From positions 10,248 through 74,247 of IMG/VR virus record IMGVR_UViG_3300045996_003284: a DNA stretch of 64,000 bases, one strand, 5' to 3'. Origin of the DNA: a virus. The position numbers and the translations under genes were made by a program. The notes below the pieces were generated by a model. The model saw nothing but the letters and a program-made list of their open reading frames with translations. It was not told where the DNA came from and did not search any database. Below are positions 17,371 through 27,700 of this stretch, one piece after another (the first letter of the stretch is position 1; every line of letters starts with the position of its first letter).

Positions 17371-20300
17371 CTCTTGTACTCTACCGCAACAATCTGGCAC
17401 CGGGGCTTGGCAGCTCCCATCCAGAAGGGGTCCGTGAAACGGACCCAGCCGGCATTCCCAGCGTTGGACTGGACGTCCCATCTCAGCGTCGTTCCCGGCG
17501 CAACCTGGAAGATATGAGACAGGGTGGCGGAATCGTTGATGCCTTCCATTTGGGCGGCGACGCCGTTCAGAAGCATCCTTACGACCGCTGGGCCAACCAA
17601 AAGCAGATGCGTGGTGACGTGGATGGTGCCTCCGCCCACCGAGGACCAGCCCATGATGTCGGTGTTCTGGAAACTCATGTTGTAAGTGGCGCCGGCCACC
17701 AAGTTTTCCATGCCAGCGACGGCGACGCCGAGGCCATTGGCTGTCAGGATATCCTTTCCGACGAGGTCTCGGACATAAAGGCCATCCAGAACCCGGTTCG
17801 GTGTTGGACCGTTCTGGCCGATCGACACACGTGTAACACCCGCCGAATCAACGAATCGAAGCGCTCGATGATTAGACCGACTTTCAATGTCGATAAACCC
17901 GAGGCCGGGCGTCTGGTCGCCGATGCGGATGTACTGAGCGTTGACGATGCCGCCGCGAAGACGATCAACGTTAAGTTCTTCGACATGGCCGGTGTTGATC
18001 TGGGCTAAGCCGATGTGGGCGCTGTTGATCAGGCCGCTGTCGATCTGAGCCGTGGCGGTGATCAGGCGCTGGGTTGAGAGTTCGGTTGCCGTGATGGACT
18101 GAGCCTGGATACGGTCGGCGTTTATAGTCCGCGCCCGGATGCCGTTGCCGTCGATGATCGTGCGGGCATAGGAGACGAAGAGGCGCTCCGCGCCGGTATA
18201 CGTGCCAAGGACGATTACGGACGGATTGGCGTTGATGGCCTGATCGGTCGTGCCGCTGATGTTTCCCGTTCCGACAGTCCAATAGATAAAGAGGACGCCG
18301 GTGGTCCACTGCAGCGAGCCGCTGGTGATGGCGTAGGTCGTGACGCCATTGCTGTCGGTTGCGGGCATGATGGCCGTACCGGCCGTCCAGGTTACCTGGG
18401 ATGTTTCGCGCACCGGCGTGAAAGCAACGTTGACGAATTCAACGCCGACCCCGACGGTGAGCTTGTCAGCCGTGATGGTCCGGGCGGCGATCGAACCGCC
18501 GTGAATCTTGGTCTGGTCCGGCCCGTACAAGATGTTGGCCAGGGTTGTTCCGCTGCTCAACGTGATTTTGCCGGGCAAGATCGTTGTCGTGCCGCGGTTG
18601 ATGGCGGAGGCGGGGTCGCCACTGGCCAGAACGGTCGCGCCGAGAGTCTGGCCAGTTCCGGACACGATGACCTCGCCGGACAGGACGCTGCCGGCGATGA
18701 TCTTGTTGGCGTTGAGGCTGGCGATCTTGGCGTCGTCGATTGTGCCGTTCGCGATCGCCGCGTTGACGATGCTCAGTTCCTGATAATCCGCCTCCTCAAT
18801 TTTCTTTGTCCGCGCCCCGATACCGCCGGTCAGGCTGGCTGGGAAGAAGCTGGATTTGTTACGCGAGCGATCAACCGCCCGGATCCAGTAATAGAACTGA
18901 GCACCACCGGGCAGGTTCTCACGGGTGAACGTCGTGCCCGGCGCGTTGGCGATGTAGGTTGCCTGGGTGCGGTCGTTGACGGTCGCTTCCCAGATCTCCA
19001 TGTGGGAAAAATCCGGGTCCGGATGCGCCGGCCATTGCACCCAGATCGTCTTAAAGGCCGAACTGGGCGTCAGGCTGGTGGGGACGCTCGGGGCTTCGTC
19101 GTCTCCACCGATGACGATGCTGACTTCCGGACTGGATATCGAGTCGTTGAAGTTGTAATCCGAGGCGCTGAGGCGGACACGATAGAGGGTTCCGGCCTGA
19201 ACCATCCACTCATAGCGCGGTACGTTGGTCGAGAAGAACAGGAAATTCCCAGTTTCCTCCGCGATTTCGACCCCATAACTGCGAAAGTCGTCGTCAGCGT
19301 TGGCGGCCCAGGTCGCGATCAGCCAGAATGTCTTGGTGCCGTCCGGCCCCATCCGGACCTCGTCCGTGAGCGCAAGGCCGGTGGGGACCGCCGGGGGCAC
19401 CGTGTCGGCATCCTCCACACCGACCGTGACCACTTTGAGTTCGGCCGAGACGTTGAGACCCGTCTTGCCGAAACTGTCGTAACCGGCGACGCGCAAGTAG
19501 CGGGTAACCTGGATCGGCGCTTGGAGGAAGATAAAGTTGTTGGGGCCGTCGTAGACAACGGCTTCTGGGAGGGTTGCGAAGCCGGAGGTGTTGCCCATCC
19601 AGACGATGCAGCCTTCGTAGTCGAGATCGGCAGGTTTGTCGAAGCTGAGGAAGATGGAGCCGTAGCCGCCCTCGGCCATCAGGCCGGTGACCTGAGCAGG
19701 GGCGGGGTTGGCAACGTCGATGGCGGCCGGCTTTGAGTAATTACCCCACTTGTCGCGCATCAGGACTTCGAACTTGAAGGCCCGATACGGCCCACCAGGC
19801 GACTGGCTGTTGCGCTCGAAGCTGAAGATGTAGCGCGGCTCGGTGACGTGGTCGACGAAGACCATGGTTCCGTTGAGGGTATAGACTCGGACCTCATAGT
19901 CCCGGAAGATAGGATCGAGATAGCCAGCGCCGGCAGCCGGTTCTGTGCCCATTGGGTAGGCACCGCGCACGGCGGTGCCGCGCCAGACGAAAACCGGGTC
20001 GCGCCCCAGGAACTCGTGGTTATTGCCTTGTCCTTCGATCTCCAGGCCAGTTGGGGTCAGCAGCGTGATCGGGCTGGTGTCAAGAACGTTCGCTTCCAGG
20101 ATAGCGGGGCGGCTGAACACGCCGGCGAAATTGACGGCGTGAATATGGATCAGGAACTGGCCAGCGCTGTCACCATAAATGGTCTGCGTAAGGCCGGTCA
20201 CTTCGTTAAATTCGGTGAAGTTGCCGCTGTTGCGCCGGTAACGAACGACGTAGCCGCGAATAAAAGCGTCCGGACTGGCATCCCAGGAGATCTGGAGGGC

Positions 20301-22256
20301 ATCGGTCCAACCGGTCGGAGTTGAAATGTACTGACGTTCGACGCGCGGGTTGAGAGGCGGCTGAACCACGCCAGGGTCCGGCATCTTGCTCCACGGCCGG
20401 GTGGCAACGTTGATGCCACGTTCGACACGGGCGTAGATAGCGGGGTCGTGAGGCACGGCGGCGACGGAGTATTCCAGGTCGCCCTCATCGTTGACGCCAA
20501 TGATGCGAAACTGACGCAGGGCGAGGTCACTGGCTTCGACCGCCCACATCGATTCCGGCACCGGCACCGAGGGAAATGGCGGCAGCACGGTCACGCGGCT
20601 GACCCGTCCGGGCGTGTTGGTAACCGTACGCTTCTCAACCGTACCGTTGGGCAGCGTGACGTGGAGGGTGTAGGTCTTGCCGCCCTCGATCAGAATGCTG
20701 TCATCTAGGGTCACCGTTGTGGAATCAGCGTTAATCACCCGGCCGCCCATGCGGACCCCAGCGGTATGCTTGTCGGCGACCGCGACGATATCGCCGGGCG
20801 CGGCCTCGATGTGGTCCAGGGAGGTCCGGTAGGACAGAGTGTCACCAAGCTTCTCGGTTTCGATCAACCACTTGCCAAGGCGCTTACTCTGTCCCCTCGA
20901 CCGACAGGCGAAAGCGGTGATCTCGGACGCCTGCCAGCCGTAGCGCTCAATCAGGTCGGCGTCCTGATAGACCTCGACATCCTGATCACCTTCGTCGTTG
21001 ATGAAAGAGACAATGGCGACGGAGTGAATGGCGCGAGCGGCTGGGCCAGAGAATTCCAGACCGCCGGTCGTGTTGGCGGGGCTGACGATGACGTGGGGGT
21101 CGCGCGGCGCGTCCTGGACGACCTGGACCGCGCCGTTGGCCCAATACGCCATCGCGCGGAAGGTGGAGGCCAGGGCGTTGAGCGCCGCGTAGGCTTCCTG
21201 GGCGGTGTTGATGTTGAAGTGGGCGGTGAAGCGCGGCTCCAGGATGTCTGAGCCGTCTGCGTTCTTCAGACCGGAGGGGACCAACTCGTCACAGTAGCGC
21301 GCGGCAGAATAGAGGCTCCAGCGGTCGACCATGCTGTCGGGCAGGTTGGCTCCGGCGGCGTGGGTCAGAAGTTGCAGGAACAGCCAGGCGGGGTTGTCGG
21401 TGTAGGCGATTTTGTAGGTGCCGTCCCAGATGCCGACGTAGTCTCGGCCCTCGGGGGAGTAGTTAGTCGGCACTCGGCAGAACCAACCGCGCCACTTGGC
21501 GGTGACGGTCGGCATCGAGCCACCAAACAGTTCGGCGTCGAACTCCAGCGCCAGCAGGGCGGTGCGCGGGTAGCTCAGTTTGCGGTCGATGATGTCGGTG
21601 ATCGATGACCAGGAGAAGCTGTTCTGGAGACCAGCGCGGTTGCTGTCCGGGGTCATACGGACGACTTGGATGTCCCAGGGACCATCGCCCGGCAAATCGA
21701 CCGACCAGGCCGCTTCATAGGTGCTTGTGGTTTTTCCCTCTATTGCGTATGGATAATCGAATTCCCAGCCGGAGCGGCCCTGACGGCGGACCCGGATCAG
21801 GAAATCGATCCGGGTGCCGGTCATGTCGCCATTCGTCGCGTTCTGATCGAACAAGCTGTTGACAACGATGGTGATGCGCGCCCGGTTGGCGTTGGTGTTG
21901 ACGATCGAGCGGGTGGCCGGTGTGTGGGTGGTAACCTCGACGGGCAAGCCGATGTCGCCGGCGTGGATGGCCTCGACCGCGGGAAAACCCGGTATCCAGG
22001 ACTGGTCCGGATCGCCACGCCGGTAGTCCCACTTGACGCCCTTGAAATTGGAGCTGCCGTCCGCGTTGATGAGCGGCGTCCCGTTCAGGTACAGATTCTT
22101 GCCACCCTCGGCGTAATCTCCGACAATCCCGACCGTCAGACCCTCGCCGATGGCGTAGAGCACCCGGCCGGTGGCCTTGCTCTGGAGCGTGTTGGGGCTT
22201 TCGATCGGGGTCCGGGTCGCCGGTGTTTTCGATTTCTTGGAAGAGAACAAACCCAT
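17367..22256 (-). CDS. Central tail tip / host-specificity protein (lambda J-like) with FN3 domains
   Basis: NTLQSK..IGEG, WDGTYKIAYTDNPAW, EPRFT, GQSKRLGKW, FN3 repeats. Confidence 0.95.
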   Translation of the reverse strand: MGLFSSKKSKTPATRTPIESPNTLQSKATGRVLYAIGEGLTVGIVGDYAEGGKNLYLNGTPLINADGSSNFKGVKWDYRRGDPDQSWIPGFPAVEAIHAGDIGLPVEVTTHTPATRSIVNTNANRARITIVVNSLFDQNATNGDMTGTRIDFLIRVRRQGRSGWEFDYPYAIEGKTTSTYEAAWSVDLPGDGPWDIQVVRMTPDSNRAGLQNSFSWSSITDIIDRKLSYPRTALLALEFDAELFGGSMPTVTAKWRGWFCRVPTNYSPEGRDYVGIWDGTYKIAYTDNPAWLFLQLLTHAAGANLPDSMVDRWSLYSAARYCDELVPSGLKNADGSDILEPRFTAHFNINTAQEAYAALNALASTFRAMAYWANGAVQVVQDAPRDPHVIVSPANTTGGLEFSGPAARAIHSVAIVSFINDEGDQDVEVYQDADLIERYGWQASEITAFACRSRGQSKRLGKWLIETEKLGDTLSYRTSLDHIEAAPGDIVAVADKHTAGVRMGGRVINADSTTVTLDDSILIEGGKTYTLHVTLPNGTVEKRTVTNTPGRVSRVTVLPPFPSVPVPESMWAVEASDLALRQFRIIGVNDEGDLEYSVAAVPHDPAIYARVERGINVATRPWSKMPDPGVVQPPLNPRVERQYISTPTGWTDALQISWDASPDAFIRGYVVRYRRNSGNFTEFNEVTGLTQTIYGDSAGQFLIHIHAVNFAGVFSRPAILEANVLDTSPITLLTPTGLEIEGQGNNHEFLGRDPVFVWRGTAVRGAYPMGTEPAAGAGYLDPIFRDYEVRVYTLNGTMVFVDHVTEPRYIFSFERNSQSPGGPYRAFKFEVLMRDKWGNYSKPAAIDVANPAPAQVTGLMAEGGYGSIFLSFDKPADLDYEGCIVWMGNTSGFATLPEAVVYDGPNNFIFLQAPIQVTRYLRVAGYDSFGKTGLNVSAELKVVTVGVEDADTVPPAVPTGLALTDEVRMGPDGTKTFWLIATWAANADDDFRSYGVEIAEETGNFLFFSTNVPRYEWMVQAGTLYRVRLSASDYNFNDSISSPEVSIVIGGDDEAPSVPTSLTPSSAFKTIWVQWPAHPDPDFSHMEIWEATVNDRTQATYIANAPGTTFTRENLPGGAQFYYWIRAVDRSRNKSSFFPASLTGGIGARTKKIEEADYQELSIVNAAIANGTIDDAKIASLNANKIIAGSVLSGEVIVSGTGQTLGATVLASGDPASAINRGTTTILPGKITLSSGTTLANILYGPDQTKIHGGSIAARTITADKLTVGVGVEFVNVAFTPVRETSQVTWTAGTAIMPATDSNGVTTYAITSGSLQWTTGVLFIYWTVGTGNISGTTDQAINANPSVIVLGTYTGAERLFVSYARTIIDGNGIRARTINADRIQAQSITATELSTQRLITATAQIDSGLINSAHIGLAQINTGHVEELNVDRLRGGIVNAQYIRIGDQTPGLGFIDIESRSNHRALRFVDSAGVTRVSIGQNGPTPNRVLDGLYVRDLVGKDILTANGLGVAVAGMENLVAGATYNMSFQNTDIMGWSSVGGGTIHVTTHLLLVGPAVVRMLLNGVAAQMEGINDSATLSHIFQVAPGTTLRWDVQSNAGNAGWVRFTDPFWMGAAKPRCQIVAVEYKR

Positions 22257-22258
22257 GA

Positions 22259-22846
22259 TTAAGGCATTCTCTCAACGCTGACGCCAGCGGAGATGACGAT
22301 GCCGCCAACGATCATCTCGCCGCCGATGATTGGGATGGGGTATCCCTGTTCGGTCACATTAACGGCACCGCCCAGCAGGAAGGACGGTCGGTCAGCAGGG
22401 CGCTCACTGGCCTGGGGCGTCTTAGGCACCGGGGTGAGCAACTGGGCGATACCCGAAAAAGCGAGCGAAGCGCCTATCAGACCGAGGCTGGTCCACAACT
22501 GGGAGCCGACCGCCAAACCGGCCATGGGAGCGGCAACCGCCACCGCAACCATGGCAATGCCAGCGATGATTTTGCCAACCCCCCCGTTCTTAGCGCCGCG
22601 GATGGCCGGGATGATGTGGATCGACTGCCCTTTCGGCAAGTGGAACGGCAGCATCTGTTCGTCCAGCCGCTCGCCCTTTCGGCGGGAACCGGCGATGACG
22701 CGATAGTGACCCTGGATGATATCGCCGTAGAATTGGGGAAAATTGGCGCACAGCGCACGCACGGCCTCATGGACGGAAGCGACGTCGAGACGGAACTTGG
22801 GGCCGTAGGTGTCACGCAAACGTCCGTGCAACACGATATCTCGCAT
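22259..22846 (-). CDS. Tail assembly protein (lambda I-like)
   Basis: MRDIVLHGRL...EAVRAL, IHIIPAIRGAK, QGYPIPIIGGEM.VG..VISAG. Confidence 0.92.
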   Translation of the reverse strand: MRDIVLHGRLRDTYGPKFRLDVASVHEAVRALCANFPQFYGDIIQGHYRVIAGSRRKGERLDEQMLPFHLPKGQSIHIIPAIRGAKNGGVGKIIAGIAMVAVAVAAPMAGLAVGSQLWTSLGLIGASLAFSGIAQLLTPVPKTPQASERPADRPSFLLGGAVNVTEQGYPIPIIGGEMIVGGIVISAGVSVERMP

Positions 22847-22859
22847 GATCACATCTCTG

Positions 22860-23699
22860 TCAAAAGATCGATTTGTCTTCACGGGGAGGGGGCGGTTTGC
22901 CGTCCCCAAACGCGGTGTGGCGCAGGGCGCGGGTGAAAAAGTTGCCGCGTTGCCAGACTCCGGCCGAGATGCGTTCCGACAGGCGTCCCGGCCGGTGGTG
23001 AAGGATGCGCCCACCGTCCAGAACCAGCGCTGCATGATTAACAACGTGCGCTTCCTCGTCGGCGCGGGCCAGCAGGACGTCACCGGGGGCGTGGTCGTTG
23101 AGGTCATCCAACGGGCGGAAGCCGGCGGCAGCGAAGCCTTCCTCGTAGAGATTTTCACCACGTTTCCACCAGTCCCAGTCACGGGGGTATTCGGGCAGGC
23201 GGATGGCGTACCATTGCCAGTAGGCGGCGCGGATCAACTCATAGCAGTCCGTTACCTGCGGGATAAACCGGCGCTGGATCAGCGGCTCGTTGAGGCGGAA
23301 TTCACCCCAGAAGATCGGTTCCTCCGCGATGCGCTCGATGCACGGGATCAGACCCCAGGGGCATCCCCATTGCAATCTGGCTTCCTGATCGGCTTTGGAC
23401 GGACCGATGAAGGCGGGATCAACCTCTCCCCTGGCGTAACAATGGCTGTGGATGACACAGGCGACATCGTCGGCGTGGTCAGTGAGATCTTCATCCGAAA
23501 TCTCGAAAAAATTGGCGGCGTCCGGGTGGGTGTTGACCAGCGGCACGTATTCACCTTCCCCGGTGATGATGCCGACCGACTCCCGTGGATACTCGGTTTC
23601 GGCATGCGCCATGGCGGCAACGGAAGCCGCCGGGAAGAGATTTGTCATGATGGTGTCCGGAGTGATTGATGGGTGCGGCATCTTGCACGCCGCCAACAT
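22860..23699 (-). CDS. Tail assembly protein (lambda K-like; JAB/MPN plus NlpC/P60); start possibly 23648
   Basis: YPRESVG, HSH...PSKAD, DCYELIR, NHAAL...ILHH. Confidence 0.92.
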   Translation of the reverse strand: MLAACKMPHPSITPDTIMTNLFPAASVAAMAHAETEYPRESVGIITGEGEYVPLVNTHPDAANFFEISDEDLTDHADDVACVIHSHCYARGEVDPAFIGPSKADQEARLQWGCPWGLIPCIERIAEEPIFWGEFRLNEPLIQRRFIPQVTDCYELIRAAYWQWYAIRLPEYPRDWDWWKRGENLYEEGFAAAGFRPLDDLNDHAPGDVLLARADEEAHVVNHAALVLDGGRILHHRPGRLSERISAGVWQRGNFFTRALRHTAFGDGKPPPPREDKSIF

Positions 23700-23746
23700 A
23701 TACTTTTAAAAACCAGATTTTACCGTTATTTTACAAAAGATCACTG

Positions 23747-24442
23747 TTAGGCTCTGTTAATTCCAGGGAATCCCCCAAACGGAAGTGGAGCCTGTCCGAA
23801 CCTTAACTCACAGCCGGATAGGTGATGACTGCACTTGTCCTTGGATGGATCGGATGTTGGGCGATCCTCTTCATCGAACATGTTGACGCCCGCATAGGGG
23901 CAGGTGGCCTTACTGTTATCAAAACGCTGGCCGTTCCAGTAGCGGTACCGCCACATGCAGATGTGCGTCGCGGCCCGCGCCGGGATCTTCTCACCATGCT
24001 TGTCGAGCGGCGTCGATAACTCCCATTCGATGATGCCAGTGTAGGTGTTGTGTCGAACTTTGCGCTGGACCAAGAACATCTGAGGCGCGAGCTTGACCTC
24101 GGGATTGGCCTCGGGTTGATCGTCCAAGTATTTGGTCAAGGTCTGCCAGCGAATCAGTCGAGCCAGTCTCAAATCGTTCATGGCGATCACCGCGGCAACC
24201 ACGATGTCAGTGGCGGGCAAGCTGAGCTTGGGCGTTGGCAGTTCACCACGGCCCGTCTTCTCAAAGCCCTCGACCGAGACCGGGACCGGCTCGTACTGGA
24301 GACCGCGCCAGCGGATCTTGGCGCCGCCCAGCGTACCCGGCGTGAACCGCAGCACGCCGCCACCGATCGGCGTCATGTCCAGGTCGTACAGGTCAATGAG
24401 CGTGCCGGGTTTGAGTTGCTGGAAGGAAGCAGGAGGTGTCAT
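23747..24442 (-). CDS. Minor tail protein (lambda L-like)
   Basis: C.W.YR...C.Y.G...DKCS...GC.LRFG...PFGGFPG. Confidence 0.95.
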   Translation of the reverse strand: MTPPASFQQLKPGTLIDLYDLDMTPIGGGVLRFTPGTLGGAKIRWRGLQYEPVPVSVEGFEKTGRGELPTPKLSLPATDIVVAAVIAMNDLRLARLIRWQTLTKYLDDQPEANPEVKLAPQMFLVQRKVRHNTYTGIIEWELSTPLDKHGEKIPARAATHICMWRYRYWNGQRFDNSKATCPYAGVNMFDEEDRPTSDPSKDKCSHHLSGCELRFGQAPLPFGGFPGINRA

Positions 24443-24795
24443 GCAATGTCCGCCACTTCTTCAAAAACCGCCGTCATGCGGTCATGGAACCGGGAGCCGT
24501 TGACCGGCTCGCGCGTCCACTCCCGACAGACAAAGCGACGGGGTGCGGTTTGCCGGGGCGGCGTCCACCAGAACCACTCGACCCCGCCATGGGCGTCGAA
24601 GAAGTTCTCGATGTTGTTGGCGATAACGATGGAGCAGACATCAAACGGAATGTCCCAAGTCTGAAGGTTGGAGTTGGGACCACGCCGTGAGCGCAGTTCG
24701 TAGTTCATCTCGTCAAAGCGGACCGAGCGCACACTGGGCTGCTTGCGCATCCGGGCGCCGTAGGAAATTTCCGAGACGATGAAGGTTGCCGCCAT
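24439..24795 (-). CDS. Distal tail protein (lambda M-like)
   Basis: VRFD..YELR...GPN, FFDAHGGVEWFWWTPP, TAVFEEV. Confidence 0.92.
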   Translation of the reverse strand: MAATFIVSEISYGARMRKQPSVRSVRFDEMNYELRSRRGPNSNLQTWDIPFDVCSIVIANNIENFFDAHGGVEWFWWTPPRQTAPRRFVCREWTREPVNGSRFHDRMTAVFEEVADIA

Positions 24796-24798
24796 TTG

Positions 24799-27700
24799 CT
24801 AACCCATACCATTAGGGTTAAGCTGACCGCCAGGACGTATCGATCGGCGAATTTCTTCCTGCACCATTCCTTGTAGCTGTCGGGTAATGGCTTTGCCGAA
24901 CCGCTCGCCGTCTTCCTGGGAAGCGCCCTGCGGCATGTTCACATTCACGTTCGGGGAGACCGTGATGCTGGTGTTGCCGCCGGCCGGCCCCAACGCTTTC
25001 ATTTGACCGGGTGTAAAAACCCCTTCATTTTCCTTCAAAATCGCAGGTGTTTCTCCGGGGGCTAGACTTGGCAGTTTCCCACTGTGGAACCGTGGGGCAC
25101 CCTGAAAGACCTCGGGCGCGACAGACTTTGTGGCAAGACGGTCTTGACCGATGATGCCGCCAGTATGCGCCATGGGGAAGCCGCCCCCCATGGCGCCCAT
25201 CGCCCCCATCGCTCCCATTGTTCCCATCGCACCCATGGCCCCCGCGCCTGCCATGCCCCCGAACATGCCGTTCATGGCCATGGCGATCGGAATGGTAATG
25301 GCTTGCCGGATGGCCATGCGCGCCAAGTCAGCGGCGATGCTGCGAGCCATATCGGCGAAGGCTTCCTTGACGCTCTTGGTCCCGGTGATGATGTCGACCA
25401 GCGCATCTTCCATGTTCATCAGACCGCCGTAGCTAATCTCGCGCATCTGCTGGTCGAAGGTCAGACCGCTGTCGGCAAGCTGGCGCAGGGAGTCATTCTG
25501 TTTTGCCAGTCGGTCAGAGACAACGGCCAAGTCGCCGGCGAGCTTGATTTGCTTCTGGCTGTACTCATCGGTCGCGTCACCGTTGGCCTGGAGCAGTTCG
25601 GCTTCCTTCTCCAGTTCAGCCGATCGGCGTACGTAGGCTTCGCCGAGAAGGCTCATGGCAGCGCTCTGCCTGCCCACGGCATCGATCTGGCCTTCCGTGG
25701 ACCGGATGGATTCGTTGGAAGCGTCGATGTATTCCCGGATTGCAACCTCACCAGAACCGCGGACAGCCTCCTCAAAGCGAGGCGTGTTCTTGGAGATGCC
25801 TTGATCGCGAAGTTCCTGTTCCTGCTGAAGTTCCGCAATCCGGCGAATGCGTTCCTGGCCAACTAACTTGAGAGCATTGGCCTCGTCTTCGTAGTCCTTG
25901 ATGGTATCGCGGGTTTCGCGAATTCTCTGGTTGACCATGCCTGCCTGTTCGGCGTTCTGACGTGCCAACATCAGTTCTTCTAGGCTTCGGATGGCCTCCT
26001 TGTCCGTCGAGACCCCGAGCCGTATTGCCTCATCACGGGCCTGTTGCGCAATGGCTTCGCGGTTGGCCGCCTCAGCGCTCCCCAACTGGACCCGCGCCAT
26101 CGCCTCGATCTGGGCAATCTCGTTCCTCAGGTCCATCTTGGCGCCTTCGAATGCCGCCGCTGTCTTGGCGTCGTAGAGGGTGCCGATGAGTTCTTCGAGT
26201 TTGTCCTTTTGTTGTTTTGTCAGTTTTTCACTCAGAGCGTGGACCTGATTCATGATGGACTGAGCGCGGGTCTGCTGCTCAACCGCTTCCGTACCCTTGC
26301 CGTAGGCGACGGCCAGTTCTCGTTCGGCGGCGATGCTTTCCTGGAGTTCACGCAGTTTTTCACCAAAACGATCTACTTTTTCCGCCTTTGCCCGCGGCGT
26401 TTTACTTGCTTGAAATTCCTTTTCGGCAATCTTGCCGCTCTTTTCAATATAAGCTTTTTGTTCCGGCGTTAACTCTTCGCGAGTAATACTGCCCAAGCCA
26501 ACGCCGGTTGGGCCGCGTGTTTGAAGCTCAAGGAAGGCTTTTTCTTCAGCAGCCCGCCGCGCTCCTTCAGCCGTTCGGGATTTTTCGCCAGCGATGATCT
26601 TATCCATCACCCTAAGTTGATGGTCAAGGTTCATGTTCTGCTGTTTTTGGGCTTCGCTCGCCTCAACAGCCGCTGTTTTCCCAGCCTCGAATACAGGCGC
26701 CCAACGATCAGCGTTCTTTTTAAACGGAGACTTGTCGCCAATGTCGAGCCCAAGCTGATCCGCCTCCTGAATCTGAGCAACCCCAGCGACGCGGTCCAAG
26801 CCTGCTCGGTTGAGCAAAACATCCGTGGTCGCCCGAGCAACGGCAGCATTCTGCTGCAATTCTGCGGAACGCTTGGCTGCGTCGGCGGCCCGAGCCGCTT
26901 CCCAATTGGCCTCCGACAGCGTGAAGATGGCTTGTGCTGCCCGGCTGCTAATATTGACACCGGCTTCGACAATCCGATTGCGCGCTTCTTGTGCGACTTT
27001 CTCCTTATCCGCCGCATCACCTCCCTTGCCATGGGCCTCGGCTAGTTTGTGGAGATCCAGGATCGAGGTATTGAGTTCCTGGATGATGGGACCGGCTTTG
27101 ACCCGATCCTTGGCCTCGGAAAGTTGGCCCATCAGGCTCATGATTTCCTTAAGACCTTCGGCGGAGACCTTGTCTCCCCAGTCCATCTTGACCTGAGCCA
27201 GCATCTCCATCTGCGATTTGAGTTCCGCGGCGGCGGCGGCATTCATCTCGAATGCTTGGAACAGTTTGTCCTGCTCTGCGATCTGGCGCTGAATCTGCTC
27301 TGTTGCCTTCGCCAGAATTTCCGCTTGGGCTGTCTCGCGAACCCCCGATGCCGTGGCACTTGTCCCCGCTCCGGCAAATCCGCCCGTAAACCCGGTCTGA
27401 TTGGTCATCAGGGCGCGCTGGGCAGCCTGTGCACGCTGCCGAGCCATCTGCCGTTCACGCTGCTCGCGCGCAATATCAGCGTCACGATTCGGATCTGCCG
27501 GCATCATGCCGCCAAACTCAGCGCCGAGTCCGGTGGTGGACATGGCCTCCTGAATGCGCTGAGCGTCTCGCATTTTCTTGATATTGTCGTCAAGCCGCTT
27601 CTGTTCCTCACGCGCCAAGTCTCGGATGGCGGTGATCTTGGCCCGAATGTCGTTAACCTCATCCTTATCGTTGGCTGACGCTTTAAGTTGAGAACGCAGA

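Noticed and set aside
22847-23182. N-terminal extension of the 307-aa I-like ORF (possible K-I fusion)
   Set aside because: The extension overlaps K in another frame; I-family homology begins at ATG 22846
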